A stretch of DNA of 46,345 nucleotides from a virus (Duplodnaviria > Caudoviricetes): positions 1 to 46,345 of IMG/VR virus record IMGVR_UViG_3300031519_000039; one strand, given 5' to 3'. Position numbers and translations under genes: made by a program. Under the pieces are notes generated by a model. The model was not told the origin of the DNA, made no database searches, and was given only the letters and a program-made list of their open reading frames with translations. Positions 8,998-18,900 of this stretch are shown in pieces. Numbering within the stretch: position 1 is the first letter of the stretch; the number at the start of each line of letters is the position of its first letter.

Positions 8998-10127
8998 CAA
9001 AAACATTATGTTCAGCACCGTTCTTCCATCAGGTAGTTCATAGCACCGGTCAGTATAATTTGTGTTGTAGCGCTAGAACTACGACAGGCAAAGATTACAG
9101 TGATTGGAATGGTGCAGACTACCAAGCAATTAGAAAGCATATGTTAGAAGAAGATGAGCTTCCGGCTGAGTGTTTGCTATGCACAGAGCAAGAAGAAAGT
9201 GGAGCAGGTTCGCAACGTGAGCAATTGTTTCGTCTATACAATAGTCTTGATAGACCAGCACTTGACACAGTAACTGGAACATCTATGGATGCTCCTATAT
9301 CTTTAGATTTGCGAATGAATAATCTTTGTAATCTTTCATGCAGAATGTGCGGACCTGAAGCAAGTACTATGATATTGAAAGAAGCAAAAAAGAATCCGGA
9401 TTTACCGCTATGGGATGATCACGATGTTAAGTTAGCAGAAAAGGTTCATCCATTTGACATTGAAACACTTATCAAAAATGCTGGTTCTATTTTTGATTTA
9501 AGTTTACTTGGCGGTGAACCATCTGTGCAACCAGAATCAATTGCGTTGTTAGAAGAACTAGTAAGATTAAAGAAAACAAATATTCGTCTGTTTATTACTA
9601 CAAATGGAACAAATCATAATCCTAAGTTTTTTAATTTAATCCAGCAATTTAAACGACTTTGCGTAACAGTTTCTATTGATGGTTGGGGTAAACAACATGA
9701 GTATATTCGTGGGCCCGGGGCTAATTGGGATACAATATGGAAGAACGTCAAAAAGATTCAAGGCATGGCCAACAACCCTAAAATGATGTTACAACAAACT
9801 GTAACTACTTTAAACATCTTTGATTTTTGGAAACTAAATAAATTTAATGACACCGGTATAGAAATTATGACGTTCCACACATATGGTCCTCCTAAATATT
9901 CTCCAATGAATATACCAGATAAATGGAAAAAAATAGCAATATCCATTGCTAAAGAAAATAGTCAATACGAAGAAAATAGTAATATATGGCATCAAATGAA
10001 TAAACCCGGAGATATAAAGTTCGTAAAAGGTATGAAAGATTATACAGCAATGTTAGATAGTGTAAGAAACCAGTATCTTATTGACAACTTTCCTATAGCA
10101 TATGAAATGTTTGAGGATATTGGTTAA
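8994..10127 (+). CDS. Radical SAM protein with N-terminal twitch-like domain (rSAM-2)
   Basis: LCSAPF..LCC..CLLC, CNLSCRMC, GGEP, TTNGT and SIDG. ATGA overlap with the upstream gene. Confidence 0.85.
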   Translation: MTKTLCSAPFFHQVVHSTGQYNLCCSARTTTGKDYSDWNGADYQAIRKHMLEEDELPAECLLCTEQEESGAGSQREQLFRLYNSLDRPALDTVTGTSMDAPISLDLRMNNLCNLSCRMCGPEASTMILKEAKKNPDLPLWDDHDVKLAEKVHPFDIETLIKNAGSIFDLSLLGGEPSVQPESIALLEELVRLKKTNIRLFITTNGTNHNPKFFNLIQQFKRLCVTVSIDGWGKQHEYIRGPGANWDTIWKNVKKIQGMANNPKMMLQQTVTTLNIFDFWKLNKFNDTGIEIMTFHTYGPPKYSPMNIPDKWKKIAISIAKENSQYEENSNIWHQMNKPGDIKFVKGMKDYTAMLDSVRNQYLIDNFPIAYEMFEDIG

Positions 10128-11269
10128 TGTTTTGCTTTGTTCCTTTTATGCATTCACATGTTGACACTACAGCCACAAATAGAGTTTGCTGTGCTGGCCA
10201 ATGGTATAAGAAATACGATCTACAAGAGTGGGATAGTAAAGACTATCAAGATATTAGAACATCGTTAATGAGTGACGACACTGAATGGCGCCGCGAATGT
10301 ATTGAATGTAAGAATAAAGAAGAATCGGGAGCACAGTCTTTAAGACAACACTATAATGATGTGTATGATCAATTTGACAAACCTGAATTGAATATTGTTA
10401 CTGGTACAAACTTTGATGCTCCAATCTCTTATGATTTAAGTATGACTAACTTATGTAACTTATCATGTAGAATGTGCGGTCCACATAGCAGTTCTCAACT
10501 TCAAAAAGAATCAATTAAACATCCGGAGCTATGGCCTGAATACGCTGATGATTTACACAAAGACTACAATAAAAGATATGACTTAGATAAGATGCTTGAT
10601 AACGCTGAGTCTTTATTCGAAGTAAAATTTAGAGGTGGTGAACCTACGTTACAACCAGAAACTCGAGCCATTCTAGAAAGATTAATTGAAGTTGGTAATA
10701 TAAATCTCAATATTCTATTAACTACTAATGGAACAAATGCTAATAACACGTTTTTCAAACTACTTACACAATTTAAGAATGTTCATATTCAATTTTCAAT
10801 CGATGCTTATGGTAAAGGCCATGACTATATACGTGGACCAGCAAGTGATTTTAAAACAATCTGGTCAAATGTAAAAAAGATACGTGAACTCAATTGGGCT
10901 GGTAATGTTGATTTTGAAATCAATCAAACAGTTCAAACACTAAATATCTTTGACTTTTGGCGGTTACGTCAAGAGGTAAGCCTTCAATATGATTGGTGTA
11001 GATTTCGTAATTTTATTGTGTATGATCCGCATATTCATAGTCCTCGGTTTATGCCAGATCAATGGAAAGATATTGCAGTAGCAAAAGCAAAAGAAGCTGG
11101 AGCATATGAAGATGAAAAACACATCTTTAATATGCTGAATAAATATAATCATAATAACGATGTTATGCAAGCATTGCGTGGTAATATTGAACTCATGGAT
11201 GTGTCACGTAAGCAACATCTAAAAGATTATTATCCACTTGTTAATGATTTATTTGAGGCACATGAATGA
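10127..11269 (+). CDS. Radical SAM protein with N-terminal twitch-like domain (rSAM-3)
   Basis: FCFVPF..VCC..CIEC, CNLSCRMC and GGEP. Close paralog of rSAM-2. Confidence 0.85.
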   Translation: MFCFVPFMHSHVDTTATNRVCCAGQWYKKYDLQEWDSKDYQDIRTSLMSDDTEWRRECIECKNKEESGAQSLRQHYNDVYDQFDKPELNIVTGTNFDAPISYDLSMTNLCNLSCRMCGPHSSSQLQKESIKHPELWPEYADDLHKDYNKRYDLDKMLDNAESLFEVKFRGGEPTLQPETRAILERLIEVGNINLNILLTTNGTNANNTFFKLLTQFKNVHIQFSIDAYGKGHDYIRGPASDFKTIWSNVKKIRELNWAGNVDFEINQTVQTLNIFDFWRLRQEVSLQYDWCRFRNFIVYDPHIHSPRFMPDQWKDIAVAKAKEAGAYEDEKHIFNMLNKYNHNNDVMQALRGNIELMDVSRKQHLKDYYPLVNDLFEAHE

Positions 11270-12597
11270 GTACTTTTTGTCCACTAGCTTGGAACTCCAT
11301 CAACTTACGAAACAACGGTGACCTTCGGATTTGTTGTAACACTAATAGTTACAGTCCAAAGAAAGGTATCCTGCGTAAAGAAGATGGCACAACATATAAT
11401 GCTGGCCGTGATGATCTTAACGATGCTCGTAACGCAGACATTCTAAAAGAAGTACGTGTTTCAATGATGAAAGGCGAATGGAATCCTGAGTGTGAACGTT
11501 GCCGGCAAGAAGAAGTCAATGGCATTAGATCAAGGAGAGAATATGAATCAGAAGATTGGGATATTACTCTGGAAGAAGCAAAGGCAAAAACTGCAGATGA
11601 TGGCACTATATCTACAGCCGATTTTGATATTGAATTTTTTGACATTCGTTACGGCAATTTTTGTAACTTAAAATGTCGGATGTGTGGTCCTACTGATAGT
11701 CATTCTTGGTATGAGGACCACGTCAACTTATATAATAAGACTTCGTATAAAGATACTCATGATCTTATTCAACTGACAAAGAATGATAAAGGTCGATACG
11801 TTACAGATCAATATGATTGGTTTAAGAACTCAAACTTCTATTGGAATAACTTTGAAAAGCATACAACTAAAGCAAAGAAACTTTACATTGTAGGTGGTGA
11901 GCCACTGATTATTGACGAGCACTTTCAATCTCTTGAAAGGTTAGTTGCAACTGGTAGAGCTAAAGATATTGAGATTGAATACAACAGTAACTTGACTAAT
12001 GTTACTCCACGTATGCTTAAGATTTGGGAAAACTTTAAACAAATTCGGATTGGTGTTTCAATTGATGGATATGGCGATGTCTTTGAATATCAAAGGACAC
12101 CTGCTAAATGGAAGTCCGTTTATAAGAACATGCAAAAGTTGAATGATAATCCAAACATTAATCTAAAAGGTTGGTTTGCTTTTACTGTTACACCATTCAA
12201 TGTTTTTCATCTACCTGAGTTTATGAAGTGGAAGCTAAATGAATCTGGTTTGACTCGTTATAATCCTGTCACTGGACCAAGGCCAATCATTACTCAGCAC
12301 ATGTGTCATGCTCCAAAGTATTACAATATCAAAGTACTACCGCAAATGTTAAAAGACGAAGTATGTGATCACTACCAAGATTATATTGATTGGGTTTATA
12401 AATCACATCATTCAGATCATGTAAAAGTTAAGTTTGCAGAATTGCTTGATGGTGTAATGGATTTCATGAACTCAGAAAGCTACACTGAAGAATACTTAGA
12501 TAAGTTTGTAGACCATACACGAAAGCTTGATCTTTTCCGTAACCAAAATATTCTTGATGTTGTACCACAATATGAAGGTTTATTTGGTGGAAGATAA
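11266..12597 (+). CDS. Radical SAM protein with N-terminal twitch-like domain (rSAM-4)
   Basis: FCPLAW..ICC..CERC, CNLKCRMC and GGEPLIIDEH. Paralog of rSAM-1. Confidence 0.85.
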   Translation: MSTFCPLAWNSINLRNNGDLRICCNTNSYSPKKGILRKEDGTTYNAGRDDLNDARNADILKEVRVSMMKGEWNPECERCRQEEVNGIRSRREYESEDWDITLEEAKAKTADDGTISTADFDIEFFDIRYGNFCNLKCRMCGPTDSHSWYEDHVNLYNKTSYKDTHDLIQLTKNDKGRYVTDQYDWFKNSNFYWNNFEKHTTKAKKLYIVGGEPLIIDEHFQSLERLVATGRAKDIEIEYNSNLTNVTPRMLKIWENFKQIRIGVSIDGYGDVFEYQRTPAKWKSVYKNMQKLNDNPNINLKGWFAFTVTPFNVFHLPEFMKWKLNESGLTRYNPVTGPRPIITQHMCHAPKYYNIKVLPQMLKDEVCDHYQDYIDWVYKSHHSDHVKVKFAELLDGVMDFMNSESYTEEYLDKFVDHTRKLDLFRNQNILDVVPQYEGLFGGR

Positions 12598-13822
12598 AGT
12601 ACTCGACTTCTCATCTACATTTTGTTCTTTACCATTTAACCACGCTTTTGTCGGACCGGGTGGAGAGCAAAAGCCATGTTCACGTTTCTTACGTCCACTC
12701 ATTAACTATGACGACTATGAAGGAACTATGAATGAGCTGCGTCATTATAAGATGACTGGCCAAAGACATCCCGGTTGTCGTAAATGTTATGAAGAAGAAG
12801 ATGCTGGACGTACACGCTCACTAAGACAAATCTACAACAATGTAAGTGGATTCAACTACGATATTGTACACGATGTAGATCCAAACAATCCAAAAGTTAC
12901 ATGGCTCGAGCTTTCATTCTCTAATAGGTGTAACCTTAAATGTAGAATGTGTGGTCCATTCTATTCAACAACTTGGTTTGAAGATTGGGCAGAAGTACCT
13001 GAGTATGCATTTGGCGTTGCAGGTGTAGGTAATACAAGAGAAGCAGTAAATAAATTCTTAGCAGTTAACAAAAAGAAACCTATTACGTTTGATGTTACCA
13101 CTTTAGACAAATACATTCCAGATTTACGAATGGTAAAGTTAACTGGTGGTGAACCATTTCTTATTCCTGAGTATGATTACATTTTAGAAAAGGTACATGA
13201 GATTGGTCATGCCGAAAACATGTGGCTTGACTATAGTACTAACCTGACTGTCCGGCCGAAGAAAAGATTATTAGAACTCTGGAGTAAGTATAAGCAAATC
13301 AAGTTTGCAACATCGCTTGATGGAATTGGTAAGGTAATTGAATATCAACGGAATCCTACAAAATGGGAAACAGTTGATACAGTAATGAATGATCTTATGC
13401 AGATTCCAAATGCGTGGGTTGGTGTACGTACAACTCAAACTATTTACAATATACTAGATATGCCAAACATAGCAATGTACTTTGCAGAGCTTGAAGATAA
13501 ATATCATAAGACACATAGCCATGTCAACGCTTTTGGCGAAGATAGTTGGTTGAATTTTGTTTGTGCATCTACACCTGAGTTTGTTTCAATTACTGTTCTT
13601 CCTAAATGGGCAAAAGACATAGTAGCTGAAAGGTTAGCTTGGTCAGCACCTACACAAAAGATTCAAGATAACTTTGATCACATAGTCAATTATATGTACA
13701 ATGAAGATAACTCGCATAGACTTCCACAGTTTGTTGATTACACTAAAAAGCTTGATAAGCTAAGAGGCGAAAGCTTTGCAGAAGTTGTACCTGAATTTGC
13801 AGGATTGTTAAATGAAGTATGA
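12587..13822 (+). CDS. Radical SAM protein with N-terminal twitch-like domain (rSAM-5)
   Basis: FCSLPF..PCS..CRKC, CNLKCRMC and GGEPF. Start taken as GTG 12587 behind GAAGGT; ATG 12572 is an alternative. Confidence 0.8.
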   Translation: MEDKVLDFSSTFCSLPFNHAFVGPGGEQKPCSRFLRPLINYDDYEGTMNELRHYKMTGQRHPGCRKCYEEEDAGRTRSLRQIYNNVSGFNYDIVHDVDPNNPKVTWLELSFSNRCNLKCRMCGPFYSTTWFEDWAEVPEYAFGVAGVGNTREAVNKFLAVNKKKPITFDVTTLDKYIPDLRMVKLTGGEPFLIPEYDYILEKVHEIGHAENMWLDYSTNLTVRPKKRLLELWSKYKQIKFATSLDGIGKVIEYQRNPTKWETVDTVMNDLMQIPNAWVGVRTTQTIYNILDMPNIAMYFAELEDKYHKTHSHVNAFGEDSWLNFVCASTPEFVSITVLPKWAKDIVAERLAWSAPTQKIQDNFDHIVNYMYNEDNSHRLPQFVDYTKKLDKLRGESFAEVVPEFAGLLNEV

Positions 13823-14720
13823 AGACCTTACACAAGAACATCTAGGAACTAAACGGCAAAGGCCAATGTTCCTTAGCGAATTTACTAAGTTTAGAGCTCA
13901 ATTGGATATGAGCACATATCCGCATGATCCAGCAGAATATTGTAACTATACGTTTTTACCAACAATAGATGAATGGATTAACGATCATCAACGAGCTTGG
14001 TATCTTGGACTTGATAACTTTCATATTAGACATACCATTTTAGGTGTAACTCAGCAACTTGATGAATTACACCAGCTCCATACTAATAACATAGCTGTAT
14101 TCAGAGGTGAATACAAATACCATAAAAGACTACCGTCATTTGTAAGAGAAATCGATAGTAAGCTTGATATAATGCCGGGTGAATGCGTTATTATATCAGC
14201 GCCATCAACTATTACTACTAACTTATTACCAAACATGACAGAAATTTTAGATTATTGTCATGCAATAGAAGCACAAGTACATATTGACGGTGCATGGTTT
14301 CCGCAATGCCGCGACTTTGAATTAGATGTTTCGCATCCAGCAATTAAGTCTGTATCAGTATCTTTATCAAAAGCCTTTGGTATGGGATCACAACGTATTG
14401 GTATTCGTTATATGAGAGAACCAATTGTTGGACCTATATCAATTATGAATGATTATGGCTATCAAAATGTTTCAGATGCTTGGATTGGCGTAGAAGCCAT
14501 AAAACATTTTGGTCCTGACTATTGGTGGAGAAATTACGAGGATAAATATGAACAGGTGTGTAGAGACTTTAAGTTAGACCCATCAGACTCAATCCATGTC
14601 GGTTGGCGTAAAATGGAATATGTCGGTATTCGTACACCACTTCGAATGCTAATAGAAAATAAATATGACGAACGTGGCACTGATAAAGGATTAAACGATG
14701 TCGAGCGGAACGAGGAATAG
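13812..14720 (+). CDS. PLP-dependent fold-type I (aminotransferase class I/II-like) enzyme
   Basis: HIDGAW (PLP-binding Asp) and SLSKAFGMGSQRIG (Schiff-base Lys motif resembling HisC-type SKAFGLAGLRIG). Confidence 0.7.
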   Translation: MKYEDLTQEHLGTKRQRPMFLSEFTKFRAQLDMSTYPHDPAEYCNYTFLPTIDEWINDHQRAWYLGLDNFHIRHTILGVTQQLDELHQLHTNNIAVFRGEYKYHKRLPSFVREIDSKLDIMPGECVIISAPSTITTNLLPNMTEILDYCHAIEAQVHIDGAWFPQCRDFELDVSHPAIKSVSVSLSKAFGMGSQRIGIRYMREPIVGPISIMNDYGYQNVSDAWIGVEAIKHFGPDYWWRNYEDKYEQVCRDFKLDPSDSIHVGWRKMEYVGIRTPLRMLIENKYDERGTDKGLNDVERNEE

Positions 14721-15258
14721 ATATTCAGGCAAAAACCGGATAATTGATAATCCGTTTGATATGGATGTGCTTGATTTAATTATGGAAAATAGCACTGAAC
14801 CAGCTCGCTTACTCGGTAAAGAGAAAAAGAATTGGGTAAAACGTTTACCACCTTTTGGACAACAATATCTTAATAAGCATATAGACTGTTTCAAAGGGAG
14901 ATGGGAGTTTGAGCTTTTTCATTCGGAAGTCAACGTTCTTTATCATACTGATACTATACTTGGTAATGATGGGGATCTTGGTATTATCATACCATTGGAC
15001 TGGAAACCATTTCATGAAGTACCAGCAACTATTATGTACAAATGGTGGTCTGACCGAAGAGTCATGTACGCCGGTAACGGTGAAATCAAATATCAAGATA
15101 CAAATGAAATAGCTTTACTTGAAAAAGAAGTACCAGAAATAGATCTCATATTTGGTTGGTCATTAGATAAAGCTCTTATTTTTGATTGTAAACAACTACA
15201 TTCAGCTAAGAAATTTACAGAAGGCTGGAAGGAATTTATCATTGGCTTCGTCGTATAA
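14698..15258 (+). CDS. 2OG-Fe(II) dioxygenase-like (DSBH fold) protein
   Basis: HxD (YHTD), GIIIPL and a distal His in ALIFDCKQLHSA. Confidence 0.55.
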   Translation: MSSGTRNRYSGKNRIIDNPFDMDVLDLIMENSTEPARLLGKEKKNWVKRLPPFGQQYLNKHIDCFKGRWEFELFHSEVNVLYHTDTILGNDGDLGIIIPLDWKPFHEVPATIMYKWWSDRRVMYAGNGEIKYQDTNEIALLEKEVPEIDLIFGWSLDKALIFDCKQLHSAKKFTEGWKEFIIGFVV

Positions 15259-16474
15259 AGATGTAGAAAATTTAAAGAAAGCTGCACTTGATAAAGATTC
15301 TTGTGGTACAGTCTGTATGATACCATGGGAAGGCATGGCTGTGACAATGCGAAATGAAATTCGTCCTTGTTGTCGGTTTCCCGGAAAAGCTGCAGTAGCT
15401 CCAGAGCTTTATGAAGAAGCCTTTAAGGGTTTACGCCAAAACATGTTAGCCGGTGTAAGAGATGAACGATGTAGGAAGTGTTGGGAAGAAGAAGATGCAG
15501 GCATTCCGAGTATGCGTACGCGCGCTAATATCTTTCACGGATATGAATTCAAAAAAGATATACTTACAGAAAAACCACGTAAGTTAACTCATATCGAATT
15601 AAGTCTTGATAATATTTGTAACTTTCAATGCCGAATGTGCGGTAGCCAGTTTTCTTCAAAGGCATTGAAACGCGATGTGTGGTTACAGGACAATCATCCT
15701 GATGTTCATATTGAACCAGCTAAAGTTCAAAAGTCAAGATACGAAACTTTGAAAGATATGAATATTGATTGGTCTGAACTGCGTAGCGTTAAGTTACTTG
15801 GTGGTGAACCATTCATGTCTCCAAACTTTATGGACTTTCTTTATTTCCTTGATATGCGCGCTGACGTATCAAAAGTAGATTTAGAAATTGTAACGAATTG
15901 CTCTTATAAGATGCCTGAAGAAATGGCTGAAATGATTAATGAGTTTAAGTTTCTCAGACTATCAGGCAGCTTTGACGGAACTAAAAAAATTAATGAATAT
16001 CAAAGAGTTGGATCTAATTGGGAAGAAGGCTTAAGTAATTGGCTTGAGTACCGTGATCTATTAACAAAGAAGCGTATGGTTATACATCAAACATTTAGTG
16101 TATTAAATGTAAATACAATAGATGAATCACTTGCGCTATACGAGCCGCATTGCGATTCTCAATCTTGGTCGTATGATGAATATCAATTATCATTTCTTTG
16201 TGCCCCTGATTGGTTTGAAGAATGGGTACTTAGTACAAATAAGAATGAAAAGCTAAGAAACATATTTAAGAAAAGAGTGCATGATGACGAAAAGTGGAAG
16301 AGAGTTATGCGTACTATTTACGCTCTTGACGAATTTCATGAAACAAATATAGAAGAAGCAAATCCAGAATTAGCTCGTCTTTTAAGGATAAATAACAAAC
16401 GAAGAATATATAATCATAAATGTAATGGTGACCCAGATTGTTTTTATTGTAATATGTACCAAGAAGTGATATGA
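15242..16474 (+). CDS. Radical SAM protein with N-terminal twitch-like domain (rSAM-6)
   Basis: VCMIPW..PCC..CRKC, CNFQCRMC and GGEPF, plus an extra C-terminal C-x4-C-x2-C. Start taken as TTG 15242 behind AAGGA. Confidence 0.8.
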   Translation: MASSYKDVENLKKAALDKDSCGTVCMIPWEGMAVTMRNEIRPCCRFPGKAAVAPELYEEAFKGLRQNMLAGVRDERCRKCWEEEDAGIPSMRTRANIFHGYEFKKDILTEKPRKLTHIELSLDNICNFQCRMCGSQFSSKALKRDVWLQDNHPDVHIEPAKVQKSRYETLKDMNIDWSELRSVKLLGGEPFMSPNFMDFLYFLDMRADVSKVDLEIVTNCSYKMPEEMAEMINEFKFLRLSGSFDGTKKINEYQRVGSNWEEGLSNWLEYRDLLTKKRMVIHQTFSVLNVNTIDESLALYEPHCDSQSWSYDEYQLSFLCAPDWFEEWVLSTNKNEKLRNIFKKRVHDDEKWKRVMRTIYALDEFHETNIEEANPELARLLRINNKRRIYNHKCNGDPDCFYCNMYQEVI

Positions 16475-17652
16475 AGTGTAAATTAGCGTGGACGCACTTA
16501 GACTTTAAACCCGGTGGATACGCACCGTGTTATAGATTTAAGTTATATGATGGACACCAGTTTGGCAATGTTCCGGATATGCCGGATGTTAATTCGCCAG
16601 AATGGATACGTGTACGTGAACAGCTAAGTAATGATGAATGGCCTGATGAATGCGTAGATTGTAAAATCCAAGAAGAAAGTGGAATACAATCTTATCGGCA
16701 AAGATCGGAGAATTTACTTGTTACTGAACCGGATTATACGAAAAATCATGTGCAGGTCAAAGACCTCCAGCTCAAACTCAACCGCGCCTGTAACTTACAA
16801 TGCAGGCACTGTACGGTTGCTTCTAATTCTAACTTCATTAAGGTCGGGAAAGAAAACCCGCAAATAGCAAAGAAGCTATGGGAAGACCATCATTTCGATC
16901 ATATTGTCGAAAGGCATGAGCATCGAATTGATATTCCAACTCCTGAAGTAATAGATCATTTGTTTGAAAACGTGTTACCAACAGTAGAACGTATTGAGTT
17001 TTCTGGTGGTGAGCCATTCTTTCATGTAGAAATGTACAGGTTTCTTCAACGTATGATTGATGATCCTAACATTGATACGTCTCAAATCACACTTATCTAC
17101 AATACTAATATGACATTGACTCGGTTTAAGAAGTATGATATTGTAGAGTTTTGGAAACATTTCAAACGTGCTGATATTACAATCAGTATGGATGGAACTA
17201 CTGACGTGTTTAATTACTTTAGACAAGGTGGTGACTATAACACTGTAATAGATAATATTCACGATATGTTATCACGTACAGATAAAATAGAAAAGCTATT
17301 GCTCGTATGTACTACAACAGCTTATCATGCTTTCTATATGGATAAAATTGATTATGAGCTAGGACTTTTGAAAAGAGTACTAGAATTTAAATACAAAATT
17401 GAAGTAAAGTATCGGCCAACATTTGTGCACTGGCCCGAAGGATTAGACGTAGTCAATCTTGCTGAGTCAACTAAAAAGAATATGTTAAAAACAACGCGTG
17501 ATACCGAGTTTACTAAAGAGTTTAAGTTGAGGCTCCAAGGTAAGCGCACAATACCAAATGAAACATTCAAAGATATAGTAATGCTTCAAGACGAACTTTA
17601 TAACAGAGATGCAAGTGTCTTAGCGCCTAAGATATTTGACTATGTGTACTAA
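16471..17652 (+). CDS. Radical SAM protein with N-terminal twitch-like domain (rSAM-7)
   Basis: KCKLAW..PCY..CVDC, CNLQCRHC, GGEPF and SMDG. Confidence 0.85.
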   Translation: MKCKLAWTHLDFKPGGYAPCYRFKLYDGHQFGNVPDMPDVNSPEWIRVREQLSNDEWPDECVDCKIQEESGIQSYRQRSENLLVTEPDYTKNHVQVKDLQLKLNRACNLQCRHCTVASNSNFIKVGKENPQIAKKLWEDHHFDHIVERHEHRIDIPTPEVIDHLFENVLPTVERIEFSGGEPFFHVEMYRFLQRMIDDPNIDTSQITLIYNTNMTLTRFKKYDIVEFWKHFKRADITISMDGTTDVFNYFRQGGDYNTVIDNIHDMLSRTDKIEKLLLVCTTTAYHAFYMDKIDYELGLLKRVLEFKYKIEVKYRPTFVHWPEGLDVVNLAESTKKNMLKTTRDTEFTKEFKLRLQGKRTIPNETFKDIVMLQDELYNRDASVLAPKIFDYVY

Positions 17653-18179
17653 TGGGAGTGGTTCTAGATAAAAAAGAAATCATTTATTTACGACCGTTTA
17701 AGACTGCAAATACTACTATCAGTAACGCATTAATTCAAGGTCCGGACAAAGGTATTTCATTAACACCGATTGGTGGTATGGGAAATCAAACTTGGAAAGA
17801 AGTCAAAGACAAAGTAAGTTTACACCAATGGCACAACTATACAATTGTTGCAACTATAAGAAACCCATGGGATCAAATGTATGATGTGTGGTCATTTGGA
17901 CAAAGTAATTTATCTTTCTATGATTGGCTAATGACTGAGGAAGCAAAGAAAAAAACACAAAGTTATTTTTTGTTTGATAAACATAAATGTCAGGCTGATA
18001 AAGTTATTCGGTTTGAAAATTTGTATGAAGATGCTAAAAACGTTTTAGGTATCACTATTACCGAACATTTAAACCCATCTCCAAAAGTTGATTATCGTGA
18101 TTATTATAATAGATCTACTCGAGAATATGTAGAGTGGTTATGCAATAAAGAAATTAAGGAATTTGGTTATGAATATTGA
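17652..18179 (+). CDS. Sulfotransferase family 2-like protein
   Basis: RPFKTANTT (PSB-like), IRNPWD, IRFENL and C-terminal FGY. Confidence 0.7.
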   Translation: MGVVLDKKEIIYLRPFKTANTTISNALIQGPDKGISLTPIGGMGNQTWKEVKDKVSLHQWHNYTIVATIRNPWDQMYDVWSFGQSNLSFYDWLMTEEAKKKTQSYFLFDKHKCQADKVIRFENLYEDAKNVLGITITEHLNPSPKVDYRDYYNRSTREYVEWLCNKEIKEFGYEY

Positions 18180-18900
18180 GATACCAGTTTTAACTGAAAA
18201 CGTTATCATTCGTCTATCAGGTGGAGCAGATAGTGCTTTACTTCTTTATATGATATGTGATGAATACGAAAAAGCCGAAAAGCCATTAAACATCTGGCCA
18301 ATAACTGTGCTTCACGGTGTTCGTAATTGGCAAAGTTATCATGCTCAACAAGTAATTGATTGGATGACTGATAAGTTTCCGAATGTTAATTTTATGGAAC
18401 ATGAAGTCTGGCGGTGTGATGACCCAGGTGGCAAACCAGATAGTAAGAACGCAAACAATTATGTTGACTATCAAGAAAAACTTATTGATGGTGTAGTTAG
18501 TGTTGTTAAAGAAACGTGTGCGGTATTTAACGGGGTGACTGCAAATCCGCCAGAAGACATTGGCCAAAAGCATTGGGGAAGCTCAAAAGTATTTGGCGAA
18601 AAGGTTTGGGACGTACGAGAAAAGCATCGAGATTGGCATTTGATTGCTGATAGAAAACCAGTTCAAGACGATGTAGCACGTAAACTAATTCATGTCAATC
18701 CTTTTATTCAACACCACAAAGGTCATGTTGCAGAGCTTTATTATAACTATGAATTAGTTGATACGTTGTTACCTATTACTCGATCGTGTGAAGGCTGGGA
18801 TTATATGACAGAAGGATTTAGTAAAGAATGCGGAGAGTGCTGGTGGTGTATGGAACGGGATTGGGCTTTTAATGTACACAATAAAGAAAGTACATCTTGA
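18169..18900 (+). CDS. QueC-like (7-cyano-7-deazaguanine synthase-like) PP-loop ATPase
   Basis: LSGGADS PP-loop and C-terminal TRSC..CGECWWC..R zinc motif. AAGGA SD before ATG 18169. Confidence 0.7.
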   Translation: MNIEIPVLTENVIIRLSGGADSALLLYMICDEYEKAEKPLNIWPITVLHGVRNWQSYHAQQVIDWMTDKFPNVNFMEHEVWRCDDPGGKPDSKNANNYVDYQEKLIDGVVSVVKETCAVFNGVTANPPEDIGQKHWGSSKVFGEKVWDVREKHRDWHLIADRKPVQDDVARKLIHVNPFIQHHKGHVAELYYNYELVDTLLPITRSCEGWDYMTEGFSKECGECWWCMERDWAFNVHNKESTS

